The translations under genes were made by a program, and so were the position numbers. A stretch of 63,676 nt of DNA, counting the filler, from Octopus bimaculoides (Eukaryota), in the NCBI RefSeq assembly GCF_001194135.2. It is 7 parts of 7 records of this genome, joined end to end, with 100 filler letters (N's around TTAATTAATTAA, not from the genome) between each part and the next. Parts side by side here need not be neighbours in the genome. Positions count along the whole stretch, not along the records: positions 60,178 to 63,676 come from NC_068986.1; 6 more parts are not named here. The stretch is one strand, 5' to 3'. Under the pieces are notes generated by a model. It was not told the origin of the DNA. It saw only the letters and a list, made by a program, of their open reading frames with translations, and ran no database searches. This document shows positions 63,217-63,676 of this stretch, in pieces. Numbering within the stretch: position 1 is the first letter of the stretch; every line of letters begins with the position of its first letter.

Positions 63217-63676
63217 TACACATTAAAAAATATATACATATATACCTACATACATATATTCAGATAAGAAAAGAAATGGAACAGCCTTTAACAATCAGAA
63301 GTTGATCATTGGTATTAAAAGGTCATAGTATGATTGTAGTTTAAGAAAATTTACTGCTGTTTCACTTTGATATTTCGAAGTAAATTTGCATTTCGAAATA
63401 ACAAACTGAAAGAGCTGTAAATGTTCTTGAACTACTACAATTAAACCATGATCTTTTAATACCAATGATCAAGTTGTAATAGTTAATCGCTGCTCTTACC
63501 TTATCTGAATATATTAAACCAAGGTTTAACTATTTCAATTACCAACTACTGTTAGCCTTATAGCAAGGCCTATACATAGTGAGGTAATACACCAGTAGTG
63601 CATATGGATACATTTATCCCTTAGACGGTAGCATAACCACTAACTCATAATTTACATGCATATATATATATATATA

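Overview
AT-rich animal genomic DNA, very probably cephalopod (Octopus-type): dense (TA)n/(CA)n/(AAT)n/(GAA)n microsatellites, three recurring tRNA-derived SINE families, and decayed RTE, R4/Dong-like, Penelope-like, mariner, maT/Tc1, hAT and Helentron-type elements. Six artificial 100-bp joints (44N-TTAATTAATTAA-44N) split the window into seven scaffold pieces, so linkage across them is unproven. The main feature is on the minus strand at about 32.1-43.3 kb: a tandem array of about nine duplicated intron-exon cassettes built around single 72-nt, phase-2/phase-2 exons, each encoding one 24-aa extracellular-type leucine-rich repeat. The supplied ORF track misses these almost entirely. Four exons have intact AG/GTAAG splice sites and three share a GT>TT donor change (one of these three is also 5'-truncated). 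One is reduced to a frame-preserving 15-nt micro-exon and one is a remnant. Variation is concentrated at the predicted ligand-facing LRR positions. A separate unassigned 158-nt exon lies at about 56.2 kb. Several long perfect or near-perfect hairpins sit beside TA microsatellites. The parent gene of the LRR array cannot be named from this window.
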